A program made the translations under genes and the position numbers. The notes beneath the pieces are model-generated. The model made no database searches. It was not told the origin of the DNA and saw only the letters and a list, made by a program, of their open reading frames with translations. A stretch of DNA of 32,523 nucleotides from a virus (lineage: Duplodnaviria; Caudoviricetes): the IMG/VR virus record IMGVR_UViG_3300042987_000227, positions 1 through 32,523 of that record, one strand, 5' to 3'. Below, piece after piece: positions 1-7,778 of this stretch. The stretch's first letter is position 1, and each line of letters starts with the position of its first letter.

Positions 1-1
1 C

Positions 2-85
2 TCATTAATAATGTACCGCTCTGGCCAACGTTCTGTGGTCGAGTGGATCCAACACCAACTCAACGAAGAGAACAATGGCTCCTAG
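2..85 (+). CDS. 3' end of small conserved T7-like phage protein (gp6.5-like position), truncated by window start
   Basis: Hand translation from nt 2 gives SLIMYRSGQRSVVEWIQHQLNEENNGS*. The IMYRxGQRSVVEW motif is typical of the small gene upstream of the portal block in cyanopodoviruses. Stop overlaps the next ORF. Confidence 0.65.
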   Translation, partial: SLIMYRSGQRSVVEWIQHQLNEENNGS

Positions 86-941
86 AAACAATCAACGTAG
101 TACGCCAGCACAACGGCCAGCACAACGGACTGTACAAACAAATGCTGGCCCTAATCCAATGGGACCACCTGCTCAATCTAAACCAACATCACTTGGTCAA
201 GTCCTTAGGATTGGAGGAGGCGGTGGAGGTATCGGAAAAAGGGAACTCGTAAAGATCCTTGACGCAGGCCGAGATAATGTATCAGGTGGTCAAGTAGTTC
301 GACGCCTTGATAAGATTAACGAAAGGTTGGCAGCTAAGGATATGACTGGCATTAACCTGAAGTCCGGTGCTGTTAATTTCCTCACTCGCCAAGCAGAAAA
401 GCAAGGTCCTGGAATGGATAACTTCCTGGGTCTTGGTAAATCAACTTTTGGTACTGGTAAGATCGGTCAGGCACTCCAAGGCATGGTTGGCACACGCGAA
501 ACTGGCGGCTATCAAGGTAAAGATGGTTACATTGGTGGAGCTTCACCTGCTGTAGCTCGCACCATCCTCCCACGTGGTATGGATCTTATGCCTAGCGGTC
601 GACAAACAGTTAGGGGTATTGGTAAACAGTTTACTGGTATGCCTATTTCCGCTAAAGGTCCATATGATGGAATGATGGATACCACTGGAAACGATCAAGG
701 TCCTCCTCCTCCACCTCCCCCTAGTAATGGTGCTACACAACCTGATAACATGATTCCTGAGCCTCCACCCGAAGAGGAGAAGGTGCCCCAAATGGGGATG
801 AGTATTGACGAAGCTATTGCTAACTGGGCAGCTGGATTTAAGACTGCACGTAGCAGCCGTAAGCGTTCAGGTCCTCGTGCGCAAGGTCTTGCATCACAAC
901 GAGTAACAACCCCAACTGGTGGCTTTAGAGGCGGTGTGTAA
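75..941 (+). CDS. Gly/Pro-rich hypothetical virion-associated protein (gp6.7/7.3 position)
   Basis: 288-aa ORF, stop overlaps the portal ATG (TAATG). Low complexity with a basic C-terminus (SSRKRSGPRAQGLASQRV). Function inferred from synteny only. Confidence 0.6.
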   Translation: MAPRNNQRSTPAQRPAQRTVQTNAGPNPMGPPAQSKPTSLGQVLRIGGGGGGIGKRELVKILDAGRDNVSGGQVVRRLDKINERLAAKDMTGINLKSGAVNFLTRQAEKQGPGMDNFLGLGKSTFGTGKIGQALQGMVGTRETGGYQGKDGYIGGASPAVARTILPRGMDLMPSGRQTVRGIGKQFTGMPISAKGPYDGMMDTTGNDQGPPPPPPPSNGATQPDNMIPEPPPEEEKVPQMGMSIDEAIANWAAGFKTARSSRKRSGPRAQGLASQRVTTPTGGFRGGV

Positions 942-2566
942 TGACAGCTAAATCACGATACGATTATCTAAGTAAATATCGTTCCCAGTTTCTAGACACA
1001 GCTGTACAGTGCTCTCAGTTGACCCTACCTACTCTTATCCAACAGGATGATGACGTAGGACGGTCAACTAATCTTAGGTTGATTACACCATGGCAAAGTG
1101 TTGGTGCAAAGGGTGTGGTGACACTAGCATCTAAATTGATGTTAGCTCTCCTACCTCCTCAAACCAGCTTCTTTAAGCTACAGATTGATGATTCAAAGAT
1201 CGGTGTAGATCTCCCAGCAGAGGCACGATCAGACCTTGATATCTCATTCGCTAAGATGGAAAGGTCTGTCATGGAAATCATAGCAGCATCTAGTGATCGT
1301 GTTACCGTACACCAGGCTCTTAAGCATCTGGTTGTAGGTGGTAATGCGTTGATCTATATGGGTCCTAAGGGGCTTAAGTTATATCCATTGAACAGGTATG
1401 TTGTAGATCGAGATGGCAACGGTGACATCCTAGAGATCGTTACACGAGAACGTATTAGTCGTAAACTTCTAGCACCTATCATTAACACAAGTCTTCCTGT
1501 TAACTCACCTGGTGAGGATGGAGCTGATAATGAGGAGGACGTAGATGTTTACACACATGTAAGGCGAGATAACAATCGCATGATATGGCACCAGGAAGTC
1601 TTTGATAAGATCATTCCTGGTTCACAAGGTAAGGCACCACTTGATGCTAACCCTTGGTTGGTGCTACGGTTTAACGTAGTAGATGGTGAGCCGTTTGGAC
1701 GTGGCAGGGTAGAGGAATTCCTTGGTGACCTACGCTCCCTAGAGGCTCTCATGCAAGCACTCGTAGAGGGCTCTGCAGTCGCCGCTAAGGTGGTCTTTAC
1801 CGTATCCCCCTCTAGTACTACCAAACCTCAGACACTCTCTGCTGCGGGCAACGGAGCCATCATTCAGGGACGACCTGATGACATCTCTGTTGTACAAGTT
1901 GGTAAGACGGCTGACTTCAAGACTGCTATGGAGATGGCTAGCGTACTGGAACGTCGGTTGAGTGAGGCATTCCTAATCCTTAACGTAAGGAACAGTGAGC
2001 GTACTACTGCGGAGGAAGTACGTATGACTCAGATGGAACTAGAGCAACAGCTTGGTGGCCTATTCTCGCTGCTGACTGTTGAGTTCTTGGTACCTTACCT
2101 GAATCGTAAGCTCTCTGTACTGCAGAAGAACCAAGAGATTCCTCGTATTCCTAAGGACCTCGTACGTCCTACCATTGTTGCTGGTATCAATGCACTTGGT
2201 CGAGGACAGGATCGAGAGTCACTAACTCAGTTCTTTACTGTCATTGCTCAAACACTTGGACCTGAAGCACTGAGTACATTCCTTAATGTAGACGAGGCTG
2301 TTAAGCGTCTTGCTGCTGCTCAAGGTATTGATGTACTGAACCTTGTCAAGTCCATGAGCCAGGTACAGCAAGAGCAGCAGGTAGCTCAACAGCAAGCTAT
2401 GCAGATGGAGGCTTTGAAGCAAGCACCTAACATGGCTAAGGCTCCACTGATGGATCCTACAAAGAATCCAGAACTATTGAACGGATCAAATGAACAAACA
2501 AACACCAACGAGATCCCAGAGATCCAACAAGAAAGCAACATCCCCGGAGGAAGTCCCTTCGGTTGA
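941..2566 (+). CDS. Head-tail connector (portal), T7 gp8-like
   Basis: 541 aa with PWQSVGAKGVVTLASKLMLALLPP, GEPFGRGRVEEFLGDL and RNSERTTAEEVR motifs of the T7 gp8 family. Confidence 0.97.
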   Translation: MTAKSRYDYLSKYRSQFLDTAVQCSQLTLPTLIQQDDDVGRSTNLRLITPWQSVGAKGVVTLASKLMLALLPPQTSFFKLQIDDSKIGVDLPAEARSDLDISFAKMERSVMEIIAASSDRVTVHQALKHLVVGGNALIYMGPKGLKLYPLNRYVVDRDGNGDILEIVTRERISRKLLAPIINTSLPVNSPGEDGADNEEDVDVYTHVRRDNNRMIWHQEVFDKIIPGSQGKAPLDANPWLVLRFNVVDGEPFGRGRVEEFLGDLRSLEALMQALVEGSAVAAKVVFTVSPSSTTKPQTLSAAGNGAIIQGRPDDISVVQVGKTADFKTAMEMASVLERRLSEAFLILNVRNSERTTAEEVRMTQMELEQQLGGLFSLLTVEFLVPYLNRKLSVLQKNQEIPRIPKDLVRPTIVAGINALGRGQDRESLTQFFTVIAQTLGPEALSTFLNVDEAVKRLAAAQGIDVLNLVKSMSQVQQEQQVAQQQAMQMEALKQAPNMAKAPLMDPTKNPELLNGSNEQTNTNEIPEIQQESNIPGGSPFG

Positions 2567-2723
2567 CACAGTTGATGATCAAACCAATCAAGAACCTGCG
2601 CCTTATATGAAGCGCACTAAGGTTGGTGAACCCACCATCGGTCGTTCCCCCGATTTCGTTAAGACTGTAGGTCTTGGAAATCTAACCGTTATCACAGCAA
2701 ATGGCAAACGAAATTACACTTAA
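2490..2723 (+). CDS. Hypothetical protein between portal and scaffold
   Basis: 77-aa ORF overlapping both neighbours and filling the 2567-2700 gap. No recognisable domain. Confidence 0.5.
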   Translation: MNKQTPTRSQRSNKKATSPEEVPSVDTVDDQTNQEPAPYMKRTKVGEPTIGRSPDFVKTVGLGNLTVITANGKRNYT

Positions 2724-3462
2724 TCCGTATGAACAAGCAGAGGGTGAGTTCTCTGCTGAAGAGCTTGATTCTCTGGCAGTTGGTGAGAAGCTAGCTGAGC
2801 AAGAACAACAACTCCTGGCTGGTAAGTACAAGTCAGCTGAGGAGTTGGAACGTGGTTACCTTGAACTACAGAAACGTCTTAGTAGTAAGGAAGCGCCTGA
2901 AGTAGAGGCACAAGAGGAAGCACCTCAAGAAGAGGAGCAACCTGAGGAGAACGATGAGGTAGATCTCTATGATACTATTATGGAGTCCTACCGTACTGGT
3001 GAATGGGATCCTGAACTTGTTAGCAAAGTTGAGGGTATGAACCCTGTTGATGTAGCTAACATGTTCCTTGAGAAAGGTGGTGCTACTCAAACACCACAAG
3101 CTACCTCAGATGATATCGCACAGATCCAAGAGTCAGTTGGTGGTGACACTGAATACCAAAACATGATTCAATGGGCTAGTCAAAATCTATCTGAACAAGA
3201 GGTGGCTATGTATGATGCTGTTATGGATCGTGGTGACCCTCTTGCTATGTTCTTTGCTGCTCAAGCATTGAACGCACGTTACCAAGATGCTGTTGGTTAT
3301 GATGGGGAGTTGCTTGCTGGCACCGCTCCTAAGAACACCACTGATGTCTTCCGCTCTCAAGCAGAGCTGGTAGCTGCAATGAGTGATCCTCGCTACGATA
3401 AAGATCCAGCTTATCGTGCCGATGTAGCAGACAAACTGGAACGATCCAACATTCAATTCTAA
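2701..3462 (+). CDS. Capsid assembly scaffolding protein, T7 gp9-like
   Basis: Acidic 253 aa with LLAGKYKSAEELERGYLEL and C-terminal FRSQAELVAAMSDPRYDKDPAYRADV; follows the portal. Confidence 0.95.
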   Translation: MANEITLNPYEQAEGEFSAEELDSLAVGEKLAEQEQQLLAGKYKSAEELERGYLELQKRLSSKEAPEVEAQEEAPQEEEQPEENDEVDLYDTIMESYRTGEWDPELVSKVEGMNPVDVANMFLEKGGATQTPQATSDDIAQIQESVGGDTEYQNMIQWASQNLSEQEVAMYDAVMDRGDPLAMFFAAQALNARYQDAVGYDGELLAGTAPKNTTDVFRSQAELVAAMSDPRYDKDPAYRADVADKLERSNIQF

Positions 3463-3469
3463 TCCACCC

Positions 3470-3643
3470 ATGAACGACACTAACATCTTCGCTAAAGAAC
3501 CCACCATGTACACCGACGAATCCTACACTGTGCCCCATAACGAACGTGCTGAACTCCTCAATGGTCGCCTTGCTATGCTTGGTTTCGTGGCTGCTATTGG
3601 TGCTTATATCGTAACTGGTCAAATCATCCCTGGAGTATTCTAA
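3470..3643 (+). CDS. hli: High-light-inducible protein (HLIP), not in the ORF track
   Basis: Hand translation: MNDTNIFAKEPTMYTDESYTVPHNERAELLNGRLAMLGFVAAIGAYIVTGQIIPGVF* (57 aa). Contains the AExxNGRLAMLG chlorophyll-binding motif and the TGQIIPGxF end of phage-type HLIPs. Confidence 0.96.
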   Translation: MNDTNIFAKEPTMYTDESYTVPHNERAELLNGRLAMLGFVAAIGAYIVTGQIIPGVF

Positions 3644-3693
3644 TGTCTTGCGGCAAGAAGGGCCATAAAGGAAATGGCACAAAGAAAAAGTAA
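3643..3693 (+). CDS. Putative 16-aa basic micropeptide MSCGKKGHKGNGTKKK
   Basis: ATG coupled to the hli stop (TAATG); overlaps the next start. Very short, so it may be fortuitous. Confidence 0.35.
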   Translation: MSCGKKGHKGNGTKKK

Positions 3694-3922
3694 TGTCAGT
3701 CTGAAGATTGGCGTACACAAATCACGTACTGGCGGCCTAACGGCTGCTGGCCGTGCTAAATACAACAAGGCTACTGGCTCTAACCTGAAGGCTCCACAGC
3801 CTGAAGGTGGACCACGTAAGCGTTCCTTCTGTGCCCGTATGGGTGGTGTGAAGGGACCTATGAAAGACGAGAAGGGACGCCCTACTCGCAAAGCACTGGC
3901 CCTACGTAAGTGGAAATGTTAA
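3674..3922 (+). CDS. Small basic conserved phage protein (DUF6321-like)
   Basis: 82 aa with GGLTAAGRAKYN...NLKAP...RKRSFCARMGG...ALRKWKC, a pattern recurrent in aquatic phages. Family name is from memory. Confidence 0.75.
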   Translation: MAQRKSNVSLKIGVHKSRTGGLTAAGRAKYNKATGSNLKAPQPEGGPRKRSFCARMGGVKGPMKDEKGRPTRKALALRKWKC

Positions 3923-4072
3923 ATGGCTAAGCCTGGTTTGTACGCTAACATTCATGCTAAGCGTATGCGTATTAAAGCTGGTTCTGATGAGAAGATGAGG
4001 AAGCCTGGTTCACCTGGTGCTCCTACTGCTGCTCAATTTAAGAAGGCAGCTAAAACAGCTAAGAAGAAGTAA
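3923..4072 (+). CDS. 49-aa Lys-rich conserved phage microprotein, not in the ORF track
   Basis: Hand translation: MAKPGLYANIHAKRMRIKAGSDEKMRKPGSPGAPTAAQFKKAAKTAKKK*. Abuts the previous stop; the GLYANIHAKR motif recurs in aquatic phages. Confidence 0.8.
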   Translation: MAKPGLYANIHAKRMRIKAGSDEKMRKPGSPGAPTAAQFKKAAKTAKKK

Positions 4073-4173
4073 GCCCGATCGGTAACATTCCACGTATTTT
4101 GCGCGTATTTACGTGGAATCTTCCCTAACGGGAATGTGTAGATGGAGATAAGAAAGCCCTTCGCTTACTTATT

Positions 4174-4470
4174 ATGATCCCTCTTCTAACTACTCTGTCA
4201 GTGATCACCAGTTGGTATGGTCCAGGTTTCAATGGACACTACACAGCTAGTGGTGCTAGATATAATCAAAACGGCCTTACTGCAGCGCACAAGACACTCC
4301 CCTTTGGCACACGACTTCGTGTATGTCTTAAGAGGTGTGCCGTGGTGACGGTCAATGATCGTGGACCCTACGTATATGGTAGAGGTTTAGATCTCAGTAA
4401 AGGTGCGGCTGATACTATTGGTCTCACTGCCTCTGGAGTTGGGCGAGTTAAAGTAACACGTCTTAATTAA
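4174..4470 (+). CDS. rlpA: RlpA-like double-psi beta-barrel protein (septal-ring lytic transglycosylase family)
   Basis: SWYGPGF...TASG...TAAHKTLPFGT...VTVNDRGPY...LDLSKGAA are RlpA/DPBB signature motifs. Short hydrophobic N-terminus, no SPOR domain. Confidence 0.92.
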   Translation: MIPLLTTLSVITSWYGPGFNGHYTASGARYNQNGLTAAHKTLPFGTRLRVCLKRCAVVTVNDRGPYVYGRGLDLSKGAADTIGLTASGVGRVKVTRLN

Positions 4471-4475
4471 CTTCA

Positions 4476-4844
4476 ATGGACACTACAATCGCGGATTCCG
4501 CATGGATGGCTGGGCTCTTTGAGGGCGAAGGGTCCATCTCCATTAGTCAGAAAAAAGGTTACTGCTACCTTCAATTGGTTAGTACAGATCACGACGTTCT
4601 TCTTAAGTTCGCTAGACTGGCTAACTGCGTAAACAACAAAATTACTTACTGCCCGCGTCGATCTCATCAAAATAAAGACGCTTGGAAATGGCAGGTTGGT
4701 AACAGAAAAGATGTTACTCGTTTGCTAAATTTAATGCTTCCATATTTAGGCGATCGTCGTGCCCATAAGGCGTTAGATGTTTTCGATTTCTACGATGACC
4801 GCAACTCTAGCTCTCCCTCAGAAGAGTTCAAACCTCTGGGATAA
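4476..4844 (+). mobile_element. Free-standing single-motif LAGLIDADG homing endonuclease gene
   Basis: 122 aa with AWMAGLFEGEGSI (LAGLIDADG helix), later WKWQV and LLNLMLPYLG..R features of the family. The 3' 50 nt overlap psbA. Confidence 0.85.
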
Positions 4845-5856
4845 ATATCTTGGCTGGGTAACCAGTACTGAAAACCGTATTTATATTGGTCACTTTGGTG
4901 TGATCATGATCCCTTGCTTGTTGGCTGCAGCTATCTGCTTTATTATTGCATTTGTCGCAGCCCCTCCCACGGATATTGATGGTATCCGTGAACCAGTATC
5001 AGGCAGCCTTCTTTATGGAAACAACATCATATCGGGAGCCGTCGTTCCGAGCAGCAATGCCATCGGATTACACTTCTACCCAATTTGGGAAGCTAATTCA
5101 CTTGATGAATGGCTCTACAACGGGGGTCCGTTCCAACTTACGGTCTTCCACTTCCTCATTGGCATCTATGCTTACATGGGACGCGAGTGGGAACTTAGCT
5201 ATCGACTAGGGATGAGGCCCTGGATCTTTGTCGCGTACTCCGCTCCGGTGGCGGCTGCTACCGCTGTGTTTCTTATCTATCCCTTTGGCCAAGGAAGCTT
5301 CTCTGATGCTATGCCTTTGGGTATCTCGGGAACCTTCAACTACATGCTTGTCTTCCAGGCTGAACATAACATCCTTATGCACCCCTTCCATATGCTTGGA
5401 GTGGCAGGTGTATTCGGTGGGTCTTTGTTTAGCGCGATGCACGGCAGTCTGGTTACGTCTAGTCTTGTTCGTGAAACGACTGAAGAAGTATCTCAGAACT
5501 ATGGATACAAGTTTGGTCAGGAAGAAGAGACGTATAACATCGTTGCCGCTCATGGTTATTTTGGACGTTTGATCTTCCAATATGCTTCGTTCAACAACTC
5601 TCGTTCGCTACACTTCTTCCTTGCTGCTTGGCCTGTTGTCGGTATCTGGTTTACTGCCCTGGGCGTATCAACAATGGCGTTCAACCTCAACGGATTCAAC
5701 TTCAACCAATCAATTGTTACTCCTCAAGGACAAGTGATTAACACTTGGGCTGACATTCTCAATCGTGCTGGCCTCGGTTTCGAGGTGATGCACGAGCGTA
5801 ATGCTCACAACTTCCCACTTGACCTTGCTACACATACCGCACCTACTATTGGTTAA
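4795..5856 (+). CDS. psbA: Photosystem II D1 protein (auxiliary metabolic gene), intronless
   Basis: 353 aa from ATG 4795 (MTATLA...). Carries [35 protein letters not shown] and [13 protein letters not shown] motifs plus an 8-aa C-terminal extension. Confidence 0.99.
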   Translation: MTATLALPQKSSNLWDKYLGWVTSTENRIYIGHFGVIMIPCLLAAAICFIIAFVAAPPTDIDGIREPVSGSLLYGNNIISGAVVPSSNAIGLHFYPIWEANSLDEWLYNGGPFQLTVFHFLIGIYAYMGREWELSYRLGMRPWIFVAYSAPVAAATAVFLIYPFGQGSFSDAMPLGISGTFNYMLVFQAEHNILMHPFHMLGVAGVFGGSLFSAMHGSLVTSSLVRETTEEVSQNYGYKFGQEEETYNIVAAHGYFGRLIFQYASFNNSRSLHFFLAAWPVVGIWFTALGVSTMAFNLNGFNFNQSIVTPQGQVINTWADILNRAGLGFEVMHERNAHNFPLDLATHTAPTIG

Positions 5857-5858
5857 TC

Positions 5859-6044
5859 ATGGCACAAGCTACTGGTTTCGATCCTAAGGTCTCCAGTGTT
5901 AGTTCAGTTCTTTACTGCACACCTACTGATGATGACCGTGCCTTTATTATTGCTTACCCAGCTGGACAAACTCTAACTGAGTTGTCCCCTAAGGGTTCTA
6001 TTTGCCAGCCTGGCACACTGGCTGTTTCACCTACTACCTGGTAA
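5859..6044 (+). CDS. Hypothetical protein
   Basis: 61-aa ORF starting 2 nt after the psbA stop, with phage-like codon style. Confidence 0.6.
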   Translation: MAQATGFDPKVSSVSSVLYCTPTDDDRAFIIAYPAGQTLTELSPKGSICQPGTLAVSPTTW

Positions 6045-6052
6045 ATTATTTC

Positions 6053-6274
6053 ATGCCTGATCAGAACATTAAGACTGGACGGTTCTCCGCCCGTCAAGTT
6101 GAATCCGGCCTTAGTGTTCCTGAACATGACTATATCGGGATTACCAACGATGCTAACGGTAATCCCACCACTGTCGTGTATAGGAACGGAGGTTCTAGCG
6201 GACAAATCGTAGCCACCATTAACATGAACTATGACGGCAGTGGCTATCTCACTAGCGTTACTCGTATCTCCTAA
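6053..6274 (+). CDS. Small beta-rich hypothetical structural protein
   Basis: Probable start ATG 6053 (MPDQNIK...). HDYIGIT...[27 protein letters not shown]; stop coupled to the collagen gene (TAATG). Confidence 0.7.
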   Translation: MPDQNIKTGRFSARQVESGLSVPEHDYIGITNDANGNPTTVVYRNGGSSGQIVATINMNYDGSGYLTSVTRIS

Positions 6275-6831
6275 TGTTTAGATTAAATCCTATCACCGGG
6301 GTTCTATCATTTGTCCCTGAATATGCTCCACCTGGTCCCCCTGGAGATACAGGTGAACCTGGTTATGATGGAGAACAGGGACCACCTGGTGAACAAGGAG
6401 AACAAGGACCTAAAGGTCCAAAGGGTGATAAAGGTGACAGAGGAGCACCTGGCAAGGATGGACAAGATGGATTAGGATTACTTAGCGGTATCACCCCTCC
6501 CTCTCCTTCTTTAGGAAGTGTTGGTCAATTCTATATTGATCACGTTCATTGGACTATCTACGGTCCTAAAGGTCCCGATGGATGGCCAATGGGCGTGTCG
6601 ATGATTGGTCCACAAGGAGAACCTGGATGTGATGGTTACGATGGAGCTGATGGTGAGCCTGGTCCTCAAGGTGAGCCTGGTCCTCGTGGCTTAACTGGTC
6701 CTCCAGGTCCTCCAGGTCCAATGGGTAAACCAGGTCCACAAGGTCCACCCGGTAAAGTAACAACGGTTAATGAGTTCGGTATCCCACGTACAGGTTGGGG
6801 TACATCTGGTATCACAGTACAAAACAATTAA
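6274..6831 (+). CDS. Collagen-like (Gly-X-Y) fibre protein
   Basis: Two GXY blocks ([15 protein letters not shown]...; GPQGEPG...GPPGK) separated by a globular GQFYID...IYGPK...GW segment. Confidence 0.9.
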   Translation: MFRLNPITGVLSFVPEYAPPGPPGDTGEPGYDGEQGPPGEQGEQGPKGPKGDKGDRGAPGKDGQDGLGLLSGITPPSPSLGSVGQFYIDHVHWTIYGPKGPDGWPMGVSMIGPQGEPGCDGYDGADGEPGPQGEPGPRGLTGPPGPPGPMGKPGPQGPPGKVTTVNEFGIPRTGWGTSGITVQNN

Positions 6832-6836
6832 ATACT

Positions 6837-7613
6837 ATGGCTTATAAGTTTAATCCATTTACAAGTAATTTTGATGCAGTAGGTGCAGCCGGTGGTGGCG
6901 GTTCTGGTACAGTTACTCAAGTGCAGACCGGTACTGGTCTAACTGGTGGTCCCATTACAACAAGCGGAACCATAGATTTAGCTAACACTGCTGTTTCTAC
7001 TGGAAGCTACACTAATGCTAACATTACTGTTGATGCTCAAGGTAGGCTAACCTCAGCGGCTAACGGTATTACTGGACCTGGTATTGCTAGAGTTGCTAAC
7101 AACTATTACTTTGGATGGGGCGTGGCTCCAGGGACTGCTGGTACGCGTCTTGTTACAGCAAGTAGGGTCTACTATATATTGTTTAGCAATCCTGTATCCA
7201 CCACATGGACTCGCATTGGTGTTCGTGTTGGTACAAGTGTTGCTAGTAGCCTTACACGTCTAGGTGTTTATGCGGTAGGAGACACAGGTCTTCCTACTAC
7301 TCTCCTCCAAGACTTTGGTACCGTAAGTACCGCTTCAACTGGTGATAGAGAGCTGACAATTTCATACACAATGAACCCTGGAAGTTACTATCTTGCTTTA
7401 GTTTGTGACAGCGCAGTAACTTTTGCTGGACACTTAACTGATGCTGCTGCTGCTTCTTATGCCTTTGGAGCTTCATCTACAACGGTCTCGGCTGGTATAG
7501 CTTTGTGGTACGAAACAGGTAGTGGAAGTACTCTACCCAGTACTGCAAATACTACTTTAACAGCAGAAGATACATCTTTACGTAGACCAATGATTTGGCT
7601 GCGTAAGGTATAA
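6837..7613 (+). CDS. Fibre/decoration-like virion protein
   Basis: Probable start ATG 6837 (MAYKFNPFT). Gly linker, GTVTQVQTGTGLTGGPITTSGTI and GSYTNANITVDAQGRLTSA fibre repeats, then a beta-rich C-terminal domain. Confidence 0.75.
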   Translation: MAYKFNPFTSNFDAVGAAGGGGSGTVTQVQTGTGLTGGPITTSGTIDLANTAVSTGSYTNANITVDAQGRLTSAANGITGPGIARVANNYYFGWGVAPGTAGTRLVTASRVYYILFSNPVSTTWTRIGVRVGTSVASSLTRLGVYAVGDTGLPTTLLQDFGTVSTASTGDRELTISYTMNPGSYYLALVCDSAVTFAGHLTDAAAASYAFGASSTTVSAGIALWYETGSGSTLPSTANTTLTAEDTSLRRPMIWLRKV

Positions 7614-7621
7614 TTCGGACT

Positions 7622-7654
7622 GGAGGCACCTCAGAGTAGGACCTCCTTTTCTTT
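7622..7654 (+). terminator. Intrinsic terminator-like hairpin
   Basis: GGAGG-CA-CCT / AGG-A-CCTCC stem followed by TTTTCTTT, just after the 7613 stop. Confidence 0.6.
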
Positions 7655-7778
7655 GGCTTAGGCCGGTTACGACCGATACCCTTTGCCATGACAGTCGGAG
7701 AGACGACACCAAAAATGACAACAAAATTCTAAGCGCTTAGAGAGAACTACATCGTAAACAACTCTCTCTTAAACTATT
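7654..7778 (+). promoter_or_regulatory. Structured 5' leader of the major capsid gene
   Basis: Hairpin CGGT-TACG-ACCG enclosed by TGGC/GCCA, GTCG-GAGAGA-CGAC, palindrome CTAAGCGCTTAG, and AGAGAG/CTCTCT stem. Confidence 0.45.

Noticed and set aside
4777-4794. ORF-track start for psbA (MFSIST extension), and similar upstream starts at 6002, 6795, 12591 and 28781
   Set aside because: Downstream ATGs (4795, 6053, 6837, 12636, 28805) give family-typical N-termini and avoid long overlaps or the hairpin.
4471-5856. Group I intron or intein hosting the LAGLIDADG ORF or interrupting psbA
   Set aside because: psbA is continuous and full length, there is no spare sequence for an intron core, and the ORF has no intein splice residues.
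6320-6760. Repetitive GGT/GGA-CCx DNA as a tandem repeat or CRISPR-like array
   Set aside because: Fully explained by collagen Gly-X-Y coding; no constant repeat-spacer pattern.
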